Origin: Bradymonadia bacterium
GTDB taxonomy: Bacteria; Myxococcota_A; Bradymonadia; UBA7976; UBA1532
DNA: 64,000 nt
Direction: 5' to 3'
NCBI GenBank assembly: GCA_046290225.1
Contig: JBKAGE010000037.1
Span: forward strand, 256,001-320,000
Shown: positions 11,593 to 24,236 of the stretch, one piece after another
Layout: every line of letters starts with the position of its first letter
Position numbering within the stretch: position 1 is the first letter of the stretch
Translations under genes and position numbers: made by a program
Notes under the pieces: generated by a model
Told to the model about the DNA's origin: nothing
Databases searched by the model: none
Seen by the model: only the letters and a program-made list of their open reading frames with translations

Positions 11593-12843
11593 ATGACCGG
11601 CCCGTCAGATGCACAACTCGTCGAACGTCAGCGCGTGGCTCACTTTGCCGCCCTCAGGCGCCTGTGCATCACCGGCACCAACGGCAAAACCAGCACAGCA
11701 GGCCTCGTGGACGCCATGCTCGGCGCCGCAGGCCGCCACCGTGCTCAGGTCACCACCCTCGGCGCATCCCTCGACGGCACTCCGATCCGTACCGGTGTGG
11801 ACTTCGACGCCTTTGCCGACGCCGTCGATGGTCTGCCAGAAGGCGGTGAGCTCATCTTGGAGGTCACCAGCGAATCTCTCGCCGAGGGCTTCTGTTGGCG
11901 CTGGCCCCCACACATCGCCGCAGTCACCCACGTCACCCGGGATCACCTCGACGTGCACGGCACTCTGGAGCGCTACCTCGCAGCCAAAGGGCAGCTGCTC
12001 ATGGCGTTGCCGGCAGAGGGTGTGGCCGTGCTCAACGCCAACTGCCCGAGCAGTGCGCTGCTCAGCGAGTTGGTCCCCCCAGGGGTGCAATTGCTCACCT
12101 TTGCTCTCGCCGATGAGCCTCGGCACCTCGAAGGCACGCCGACGCTCACCGCACAGGAGATCGTCGACACACCACAGGGGGTGCGAGTGCATTTGGCACC
12201 AAGCCCCCTCGCCGAACGCCTCGGTGGCATGTTGCAGTTGTCCGTCTCCGGCACCTTTCAGGGCCCCAACGTGCTCGCCGCGGCCCTGGTGGCTCACAGC
12301 GCCGGTGTGCAACCGGAGCACATCTCCCGAGGTGCCCATGCCTTCTGCGGTGTGCGCGGACGCTTTGAGATCGTCGGCGGCCCCCCTAAGGTCATCGTCG
12401 ACTATGCCCACAACCCCGACGGCCTCCAGCGGGCGCTTCAGGCCGCGCGGCAACATCTCGATCCTGGCGGGCGGCTGTGGTGCCTCTTCGGCGCCGGGGG
12501 CGAGCGGGATGCAGGGAAGCGACCGCTCATGGGCGTCGTGGCCGCCACAGAGGCCGATCAGGTCTACCTGACCGCGGACAACCCACGGCACGAGTCTGCT
12601 GCGCACATTGCCGAGGAGATCAAATCAGGGGCGGATGCTTTGGATGTCGCCTGCGAGTGGGTATACATCTCCGACCGGCGCCGAGCCATCGAGGCGATCA
12701 TCACCGCGGCACAGCCCGGTGATGTGGTCCTGCTCGCCGGCAGAGGTCACGAGCGCACCCAACAGGTGGGTGATCGCGTCATTGATTTCGATGAGATTGA
12801 AGAGGCGCGGGCTGCGCTGAGTCAGCGCAACGACGACAGATGA
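11593..12843 (+). CDS. MurE-like Mur ligase family protein lacking the N-terminal domain
   Basis: ITGTNGKTST P-loop at about residue 26, TRDHLDVHG...YLAAK, VDYAHNPD, GAGGERDAGKRPLMG, DNPR, AGRGHE; only 416 aa and not in a dcw cluster. Confidence 0.9.
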   Translation: MTGPSDAQLVERQRVAHFAALRRLCITGTNGKTSTAGLVDAMLGAAGRHRAQVTTLGASLDGTPIRTGVDFDAFADAVDGLPEGGELILEVTSESLAEGFCWRWPPHIAAVTHVTRDHLDVHGTLERYLAAKGQLLMALPAEGVAVLNANCPSSALLSELVPPGVQLLTFALADEPRHLEGTPTLTAQEIVDTPQGVRVHLAPSPLAERLGGMLQLSVSGTFQGPNVLAAALVAHSAGVQPEHISRGAHAFCGVRGRFEIVGGPPKVIVDYAHNPDGLQRALQAARQHLDPGGRLWCLFGAGGERDAGKRPLMGVVAATEADQVYLTADNPRHESAAHIAEEIKSGADALDVACEWVYISDRRRAIEAIITAAQPGDVVLLAGRGHERTQQVGDRVIDFDEIEEARAALSQRNDDR

Positions 12844-12858
12844 GGTTCAGGGGAGATC

Positions 12859-13260
12859 ATGAAAATCGATCGCGAAGGATTCCTCGCCGCGGCCATGTTG
12901 ATGGCGTTGAGTCACCAGACCTCGGCAGCCCCCCAACATGCCCCCCAGGAAGGGGAGGACGCTGAAGTGAGTCGCCTGAAAGATCAGGCGGGCTCCTCTG
13001 CTCGGGAGGGTGGCCGTCGTCGCAGCCCGTCGGCAGAAGCTGGCAAGCGCCCACGACGCAGCCCCGCTGCGGAAGCTGGCAAGCGTCCGCGCCGCAGCCC
13101 GTCGGCAGAGGCTGGCCGTCGCCCACGCCATAGTCCTGCAGCGGAGGCCGGCAGCCGACCTCGGCGCAGCCCTGCCGCAGAAGCCGGCGCACGCCCACGG
13201 CGCAGCCCCGCAGCCGAGTCCGGCGCTCGGCGACCTCGGCGCAGCCCCGCCAGGGAGTGA
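12859..13260 (+). CDS. Small probably exported protein with tandem SPxxE repeats; candidate substrate of the upstream ligase
   Basis: GGGAGA RBS; starts 15 nt after the ligase stop; hydrophobic leader MKIDREGFLAAAMLMALS; repeats conserve amino acids while third codon positions vary. Confidence 0.75.
   Translation: MKIDREGFLAAAMLMALSHQTSAAPQHAPQEGEDAEVSRLKDQAGSSAREGGRRRSPSAEAGKRPRRSPAAEAGKRPRRSPSAEAGRRPRHSPAAEAGSRPRRSPAAEAGARPRRSPAAESGARRPRRSPARE
13021..13257 (+). repeat. 36-bp (12-aa) coding tandem repeat, 6 full units plus a terminal partial unit
   Basis: Units start at 13021, 13057, 13093, 13129, 13165, 13201 and 13240; consensus RSP(A/S)AEAGxRPR, final unit RSPARE*. Confidence 0.9.
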
Positions 13261-14202
13261 TCAATCCCCAGGCACAGCAGGCACGGCGCTCTCTGTCGGT
13301 GGCCTGCTCCCCTCCCCTGCAGCCCCCGCGTCTCTGCGCTCTGGCTGATCGATGTGATGCATCGGATCTGGATAGAACACGTCTTTGATCGGTGTCGCCG
13401 GGAGCGCCTCGCGCTCTTCTGGTGTCAGCAAATAGGGTGGCACCATGTCTTCATCAGGCCTGTGCCAGCGTGGGTGCACCACGCCGTGGCCCTCTTGGAA
13501 CCACCCTTCAGAAGGCCAGAGTCGGCTGCCGATGCGCTCGTACGTCTCGGCGCTGAACAAAAAGCGGGCAAAGAGATCAGGGCTTGGGGCGGTGAGCGAC
13601 AACACCACCACGGATCCCAGCGCCGCTGCTGAAGCCTTGGGGCTGCGTCGGTCGAACATCTTGAAGGCGGTCCCGAAGGACTTCTTCACCCGTTGTCGTA
13701 CTAGGTCGACGCTGTACATCTCGTCGAGGATCAAGTGCACCAGGCAGCCCACGAAGGCCATGAAGCCCATCATCCAGGCCATGAGGGGCCCTCGGCCCCC
13801 CACCCACCGGGCGAGGTGCACCACCACCAGCGCCATGGCCATCGAGGCCAGCACGGAGTGAAACACGCCTCGATGCACGGTGAGCTTGGCAAAGAGCCGA
13901 CTCGCCCCGTAGCGGACCAGGCCATACATCAGGCAGCACGAGAGCCACAGCTCCAAGATCGAGAGATGATCGGCGAACATCAGCAACACCGCCGCCGCGG
14001 TGCCGATGCCCATGAGCCCGAAGACGAGGCGCAGGGCGTGAGAATGATCTGAGTCGATGTCCGGGAGCACGCCCCCGATGGTGCCCACGGCCCAGAGGGC
14101 CACGGCGTCTGGTGGGTCGATGACGTCGGCGCCGAGACACGCCGTGGCGAAGAGGCCGGTGGCGAGGGTGGCCCCGGCGATGTGGGTGTTGAAGTCGGCC
14201 AC
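13261..14202 (-). CDS. Membrane-bound metal-dependent hydrolase (YdjM/LexA-binding family-like)
   Basis: TH near the N-terminus, LPDID, HRGVFHS, HLILDE; several TM helices. Confidence 0.85.
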   Translation of the reverse strand: MADFNTHIAGATLATGLFATACLGADVIDPPDAVALWAVGTIGGVLPDIDSDHSHALRLVFGLMGIGTAAAVLLMFADHLSILELWLSCCLMYGLVRYGASRLFAKLTVHRGVFHSVLASMAMALVVVHLARWVGGRGPLMAWMMGFMAFVGCLVHLILDEMYSVDLVRQRVKKSFGTAFKMFDRRSPKASAAALGSVVVLSLTAPSPDLFARFLFSAETYERIGSRLWPSEGWFQEGHGVVHPRWHRPDEDMVPPYLLTPEEREALPATPIKDVFYPDPMHHIDQPERRDAGAAGEGSRPPTESAVPAVPGD

Positions 14203-14400
14203 AGCAGCTCACGTGCAGTTGAGCGGAGCACTATACCAAACAGACGTTCAGTCTGCAGCGTTCTCTGCAGGTGTAGGCCGGGGGCCCGGCCTTGTCTCGG
14301 GCGATGCTGTCGGGGGCGGGATTTGCGAGTCGTCGTAGGGAGAGGGCAACGAAGAGTGCATGGCAGAGGTCAACAGCTCATCATCAACTGGGCATCAACC

Positions 14401-16926
<2,526 letters not shown>

Positions 16927-17187
16927 GGGCGGCGGTGCCTCTCTGGTGGTGCATGTTCAGGGACGAACGGCACGTTATCCGAGGGGCTTGAGATCAGCAA
17001 TCTGGGAGAGAGGCCTGGAGATGGAAAGTGCACTCGAGGGCGCATTCACCATCATCCCCTCAGAAATACTCACAAAAGACAAAAAAGCAGAACCATTATC
17101 CATCACCCTCGCAACGATATAGATCGTCTTGAAAACCACGCCCCCTCGACGGCAGCCTGATGAATGAGGCTGTAGAAAGACCAGCCC

Positions 17188-17397
17188 ATGCGCTTCGTGA
17201 CCCCCATGCTCACCCTCGTCGGTTCGATCGCCCTCGCCGTCAGCTTCTATCTCGATCTGCACCCCACCCAGGCAACGCCTGTAGATCACGCCGCAACCTC
17301 AGCGGGCACCCTCGATCTCGACGATGCCCATGCGCTGAACATCCTGGATGCAGTGAAGACAGATACATGCGATCTGTTCAGGCCGGACGACTCCTGA
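17188..17397 (+). CDS. Small hypothetical protein with N-terminal hydrophobic segment
   Basis: 69-aa ORF with a TM/signal-like N-terminus and typical codon usage. Confidence 0.5.
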   Translation: MRFVTPMLTLVGSIALAVSFYLDLHPTQATPVDHAATSAGTLDLDDAHALNILDAVKTDTCDLFRPDDS

Positions 17398-17531
17398 CAT
17401 GGTGATGCGCGCTCATCGTGCTCTGCATTCGGATTGAGTCGGGAGGGCGTTGACCCCGAAAAAAGACGAGCCAGAAAAAGAAGTACACACAACGTGCGTA
17501 GGCAGGGGTGTCCACATTCAGGAGACCCCCT

Positions 17532-18647
17532 ATGCAGCTCAAGCACTTCACCGCCCCCCTGCTCGCCCTGTTCGCCATCGGCACTGGCTGCGACGGCTTC
17601 AAGGTCCGTCCGGGGACCTTCTTCGCCCACGACGACGGCCGCGATCTCGTCGCCTTTGATGACCGGCTGCCCAAGACCTTCAACGCCGCCGTCGACACCT
17701 GCATGCTCACCGAAGATCAGCCCTTCGTACGCCTCGAGCCTGGGGATCACCCAGCGCTGTTCGACCAGTGCACGCCAGACACCCGCGCTGATCTCGCCAC
17801 CTTTGTCGACGAAGACGCCGAGCGCTTTCGACGCGTGATGGCGGCGGGCAACCTGCGCGGTGCAGAGCGAAGTACGGTGGCCCTCACCACGGCCCCTCTC
17901 GTCGCTGAAGCTCAAGCGCACCCCGCAGAGCCACTGCCTGACTTGGGCTTCTCCGATCGAGTGACCCGTCGCCTGAAAGTGGCCCATCAGCAAATCTTCG
18001 GGCAGGACGTCGGCCACTGGTTCTGTGACGTGGGCTACCAGCTCGAGGTGGAGCTCACGGGTCTCAACCTCTCGGATTTACGCCTGGGGTGGCGCCCAGC
18101 GGCACAGGCAGATGCCCGTACGAACCTCTTCGAGATCACCGTGGGCTTCACCGACAACCAGGATCTCATCATGGGCAGGGGCCGTGCGGGGCTGAGCCAG
18201 TGTGGGTTCCAAATCACCAACCGCTGGCTGGCCACGTTCCTCGATCCGACCCTCAGCGTACCTGTGCCTTTGAGTGCCGAGGTGAGGTTCAGCATCGACG
18301 TCGAGCACATCGAAGTGGTGGGCATCGGGCGCCCGCGGGTGATCGATGGGATGGCCGAGCTGACCTGGACAGTTGAGGCGAACGTCGAGGGCGTCGAGGT
18401 GCACGACACCCTGCTGCCGTATGTTTCCACCCTCGATACACTGCTGCAGTGGCTGCCACACGTCGGCGTCGATGCTGTAGGCCTCGCCGAGGAGATGGTG
18501 GCCGACGAAATGCACACCCTCTTCGCAGACCAGCTCGGCCCTCAGTTCGAGCTGCTGCTCAACACAGCGACGAACACCGAGAGCGGCTTGCTGATGCCGG
18601 TTACCCGCGGCGCCACCACGGGCCCGGCGTTTCGCTACTGGCGCTGA
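17532..18647 (+). CDS. Hypothetical lipoprotein
   Basis: AGGAGA RBS before the ATG at 17532; lipobox-like IGTGC. Confidence 0.7.
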   Translation: MQLKHFTAPLLALFAIGTGCDGFKVRPGTFFAHDDGRDLVAFDDRLPKTFNAAVDTCMLTEDQPFVRLEPGDHPALFDQCTPDTRADLATFVDEDAERFRRVMAAGNLRGAERSTVALTTAPLVAEAQAHPAEPLPDLGFSDRVTRRLKVAHQQIFGQDVGHWFCDVGYQLEVELTGLNLSDLRLGWRPAAQADARTNLFEITVGFTDNQDLIMGRGRAGLSQCGFQITNRWLATFLDPTLSVPVPLSAEVRFSIDVEHIEVVGIGRPRVIDGMAELTWTVEANVEGVEVHDTLLPYVSTLDTLLQWLPHVGVDAVGLAEEMVADEMHTLFADQLGPQFELLLNTATNTESGLLMPVTRGATTGPAFRYWR

Positions 18648-18748
18648 GCGAACACTCTGGACATCAACCCGACGTTCGGCATACCACCCCCCGCACAGAC
18701 GTTTGCAGCACACGTGTGCTCGCTGATGCCCTGCCGCAGGAGGTTGAT

Positions 18749-19957
18749 GTGCTGAAGATCTCGCTCGCGCTGCTCTGCTTCTTGACCGTGGCCGCCCCGG
18801 CACAGGCTCAGCAACCCACCGCCGGTGAGCTGCAGGTACAGCTCGTCCTCGCCGAGCCCGGCGATCTCATCTACAGCCGCTATGGCCACGTGGCGATCCG
18901 GGTCATCGGCCCGGGCATGGACACGGTCTTCAACTTCGGGGTGACCAACTTCAAGCGCAAAGGCTACGTGAAGGACTTCCTCACAGGCCGGGTGATCTTC
19001 TGGGGGAAAACCCGCAACTGGGAGAGGACGAAGGCCAAGACCCTCAAGGAAGATCGCACCCTCAAGCTGTTCCCGGTGAACCTCACCCAGCCCCAGGCCA
19101 GGGCCCTGCTCGCCCGCCTTCAAAAGGCCATGCAGCCCGAGCACCGGGAGTACTACTACGACACCTTCCGAAAGAACTGCTCCACCATCCTCCGGGACGA
19201 GCTCGACATCAGCACCAAGGGGGCGGTGACCGAGCAGCTGCAGGCCATGGACTCGGGGCTGAGCTTTCGAGACGACGTGCGGGTGGCCTTCGCTGAGATG
19301 CCCGGCCTGCTCGCCGGCTGTGAGATCGTACCCGGGCCAGAGCTCGACGCGCCCCGCACCGCCTGGGAGATGACCTACCGACCGGCATACCTCACCGACG
19401 CGCTGCAAAAAGTGATGATTGAGCGCGACGGCAAGCAGATCCCTCTCGTAGGCCCGGCCAAGGTGATTTACACCCGCCAAGGCGACGATCCGCTGCCGGG
19501 CTGGCCCCACGTGGGCCAGGCCTGGATCTCGGGCATCGCCGCCTTCTTCGCGCTGCTGGCCTTCCTGGCGTGGCGCGGGGGGTGGAGGCTGAAGGGTGCT
19601 CTGCTGCTGGTCTGGCTGTTGCCGGCGATTCTGCTCGGGGCCCTGCTCGAGGTGGTGGCCGTGGGCACCGACTGGCCCGACATGCAGCGCAACGCCCTGG
19701 TTGCGGTCTTCGTGAGCCTCGATCTCTGGCTGCTGTGGCCGGTGATCTCGCTGATGCGTCGGCGCGCCTCTCCGGTGCTCCGGTGGGCCCGGGGCTACCT
19801 CAAGGTGCGGCTGGCGGTGACGGTGTTCATCGTGCTGGTGGGGTTGTTCTGGCCTGCTCTGGGCGGACCACTGCCCATCAGGGCCTTTGCGTTGGCAGGT
19901 CTGATGCTGGCGCTCGGGGCGTGCACGCCGCCCCGTGCCGCTCGAGGGCTCGTTTGA
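18749..19957 (+). CDS. DUF4105 / Lnb-like membrane protein
   Basis: AGGAGG then GTG at 18749; PGDLIYSRYGHVAIRV, FNFG, YYYDTFRKNCST; several C-terminal TM helices. Confidence 0.8.
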   Translation: MLKISLALLCFLTVAAPAQAQQPTAGELQVQLVLAEPGDLIYSRYGHVAIRVIGPGMDTVFNFGVTNFKRKGYVKDFLTGRVIFWGKTRNWERTKAKTLKEDRTLKLFPVNLTQPQARALLARLQKAMQPEHREYYYDTFRKNCSTILRDELDISTKGAVTEQLQAMDSGLSFRDDVRVAFAEMPGLLAGCEIVPGPELDAPRTAWEMTYRPAYLTDALQKVMIERDGKQIPLVGPAKVIYTRQGDDPLPGWPHVGQAWISGIAAFFALLAFLAWRGGWRLKGALLLVWLLPAILLGALLEVVAVGTDWPDMQRNALVAVFVSLDLWLLWPVISLMRRRASPVLRWARGYLKVRLAVTVFIVLVGLFWPALGGPLPIRAFALAGLMLALGACTPPRAARGLV

Positions 19958-21035
19958 AGGCTGCCTCGTCGAAGGGCACACCATCTTCTTTCCAGAGTGT
20001 ATCCACCACCACTTCACCGCCCTCGATGTGACCCTCGAAGCGGCCCACGAGGCGACCCTCGTGGAGCAACGGGCACACGTACCAGCCCCATCGGCGCTTG
20101 TCCTCGGGCTTGTAGACCTCCCAGACGTACTCGAAGCCAAAGGCCTGCTTGATCAACGGGCGACACCAGATGAGCGGATCGAGGGGTCCGATGATGCGCA
20201 TGCGGCCGTCATCGTCGGGGTAGGTGCGATCTCGAAAGCCCGCAGGCGCGAGGTAGAGCGTGCGTTTACCGGGGATCTGTACCTGCTCGATCAGACCCTC
20301 GTCGATCAGCTCGTCGGCGAGGGGGGTCTTGCGCACGGCATTGAGCATGGACCACCACGGGCCGTCGGTCCGTGGCATGAGCCCCATGGCCTCGACGCGG
20401 TTGAGCAGCCCCTCGCGGAAGAAATTGCCTGTGGGCTTCGCCGCAGCCACTTGAGGCAACACCCGCTCGGGCACGTCGAAGACACGGTTCCGGCCTCGGC
20501 GGCCACAGACCACGACACGACACCGTAGCCACAGCACCTCAAGGGCCATGGTGCCCATCTTCGAAGTGCTCTGCCATCCGTGCCAGTTGATGGCATCCAC
20601 AGCGCCGTGATCGCTGAGATCCTGCGGGGTGAGCGGCCCCCGGGCCTTCACCTCGGCGTGTACGGCCTCGAGGGCTTCTGGGGGCACCCGCTTCATCCGC
20701 GCCGTCGAGCGCCACCAGGGGGTCTCTACGGCCTGGTCTCGATACGCGGGGAACATCGAGGCCGGCAGAATGCACCGCTCCTTGGCGAAGTGCTCGAAGG
20801 CGTGGCCGGGATGCAGGTCACGGTAGATGTCACCGCGTTTGACGCCGTCGAGGCGGGCGAGGGCCACCAGATCAGCGTTAGTGCCCAGGGGTTCTAGAGG
20901 GTCGAGCTGGATGCACCGCCGGGCCTCGAGCAGCGCCCGGATCCCTTCAGCCCCTGTGGGGTGCACCACCGCCCGCAGGCCCGCGTGACCCACCAGAAAG
21001 TGCCGGGCCTCTTCGGGGGTCAGCGTGCTGCTCAT
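19878..21035 (-). CDS. YcaQ/AlkZ-family winged-helix DNA glycosylase (crosslink repair)
   Basis: IQLDP (QxD), PLDPLIW, FEYVWEVYKPEDKRRWGWYVCPLL. Confidence 0.88.
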   Translation of the reverse strand: MSSTLTPEEARHFLVGHAGLRAVVHPTGAEGIRALLEARRCIQLDPLEPLGTNADLVALARLDGVKRGDIYRDLHPGHAFEHFAKERCILPASMFPAYRDQAVETPWWRSTARMKRVPPEALEAVHAEVKARGPLTPQDLSDHGAVDAINWHGWQSTSKMGTMALEVLWLRCRVVVCGRRGRNRVFDVPERVLPQVAAAKPTGNFFREGLLNRVEAMGLMPRTDGPWWSMLNAVRKTPLADELIDEGLIEQVQIPGKRTLYLAPAGFRDRTYPDDDGRMRIIGPLDPLIWCRPLIKQAFGFEYVWEVYKPEDKRRWGWYVCPLLHEGRLVGRFEGHIEGGEVVVDTLWKEDGVPFDEAAFKRALERHGAACTPRAPASDLPTQRP

Positions 21036-21045
21036 GACTGTGCAC

Positions 21046-21450
21046 TCATGCCTGGGGCTCGCCGTCGACGTAGATCCACTGGCCCTTGAACCGCCGGAAC
21101 CTCGACCGCTCGTGGATCTTGCCCCGATGGCCGTTGCGCTCCTGCAAGAAGGCCACGAACTCCACCTTGCCCACCTTCTGGCCTTCGCCCCCCTGCCATG
21201 TGTCGATGACGTTGAGGCCCTGCCAGGTGGTCGATGCGCTCGAGGCCTTCAACTGCGCCTCGTCGAGGCCACCCCGGGTGCGGGGGTCGTGCGTTTCCAC
21301 GAGCCACGCCCACCGATGCAACACGAAGGCGGTGTAGCGGCTGCGCATCAGCGCCTCGGCGGTGGGGGGCAACTCGCCGTCGTCGAGGTAGCGCCCACAG
21401 CATTGGGCGTAAGGGACCGGTCGGCCACAGTGACATTTGCTCTCGCTCAT
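21046..21450 (-). CDS. ychJ: YchJ family protein (SEC-C metal-binding motif)
   Basis: CHCG...YAQCC, AEALMRSRYTAF, VEFVA, HERSRF, WIYVDG. Confidence 0.92.
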   Translation of the reverse strand: MSESKCHCGRPVPYAQCCGRYLDDGELPPTAEALMRSRYTAFVLHRWAWLVETHDPRTRGGLDEAQLKASSASTTWQGLNVIDTWQGGEGQKVGKVEFVAFLQERNGHRGKIHERSRFRRFKGQWIYVDGEPQA

Positions 21451-21550
21451 GGGCTCTGAGTGCCATGTGGGTGAGTTGAGGGCAATCATCCTGTAGGGTG
21501 CGTTCTCCAATTCGAGAGCGCGCCTGAGCGCTCGCCTGAGAGATCACGCC

Positions 21551-23332
<1,782 letters not shown>

Positions 23333-23347
<15 letters not shown>

Positions 23348-24028
23348 GTCCATCACCTCGACGGCCCGGTCGACCACGCTGGCGGCAATGGGCCCCAAAC
23401 CGTCGTAATCATTCTGCTGCATGGCCTCGAGGCGCGCCCTGGCTTCCGGCGCCCCCGTGAGGGCCAGGTACCAGGCCGCGGCGCTGCGGCGCTCGTCACT
23501 GTCGTTCATGGCACTGTCACGAGTGATGCTGTCAGACTGAATGTGAGTGATGGCGAAGAGCATACTTGATGCTTCGCTGATCCCGACCCAGTAATCAGAC
23601 TCGGTCATGTGCACGAACTCGGTCACCACCGCATCGCGGAGGGCCTCTGGCGTGTGCGGATCACGATGGATCATCGACAGATTCATCATGACATCGGGAG
23701 CGGTCATTCGGAACGCCCAGAAACGTCTGCTCTCGGGGAAGCTGCGCTCGCCCAGCATCATGATGGCCTTCAGAGAGCCAGGCCAGCCCGTGAGCCCGGG
23801 TTGAGCCAACAGCGTGTCTGCGCCGCGCGCCGTTACACCCCCACCATTCAAGAGCAACGGCGGCTGGCGTGGGCAACCCCATGCGTCGAAGCCGCCTGGA
23901 GGCAGAAAGGCGATGGGGTGGCAGAACTCACCTCGCCGGCTGGACGAGGAGAAGCAGCCCGAGAGGCTCGTGGTGAAGAGCGAGCACGCGAGAATCAAAA
24001 GCGAGGAGGCTCTGGGCATCTGGCTCAT
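23333..24028 (-). CDS. Hypothetical lipoprotein
   Basis: 231-aa ORF filling the gap between uup and the transporter; lipobox-like LSGC. Confidence 0.55.
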
Positions 24029-24236
24029 CGTACGTAAGGGATTAAATCATGAACTTTGGGGTGGCTTGAGGACCCCTCGAAGCCCAGAACATTCACCCTC
24101 ATCACCGAGACGTCGCCACAAGCCCCTTCCCCAGGCCCTTTCGACAGGTTATGCACTCTGGTCCCTTGATGATGACCTGCGCAGGCGTTCGAATTTGATT
24201 CGGGCTGGCGCCTGCCCCTGATCGTGTGGCCTCACC

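Noticed and set aside
11593..12843. Calling this the housekeeping murE
   Set aside because: It lacks the N-terminal domain and is not flanked by ftsI/murF/mraY, so no gene symbol was assigned.
13021..13257. 36-bp periodic repeat as a possible CRISPR array
   Set aside because: No spacers; variation is concentrated at third codon positions, so it is a coding repeat.
19878..19957. 80-bp convergent overlap of the DUF4105 and YcaQ-like genes
   Set aside because: Only non-conserved tails overlap, which is common in GC-rich genomes.
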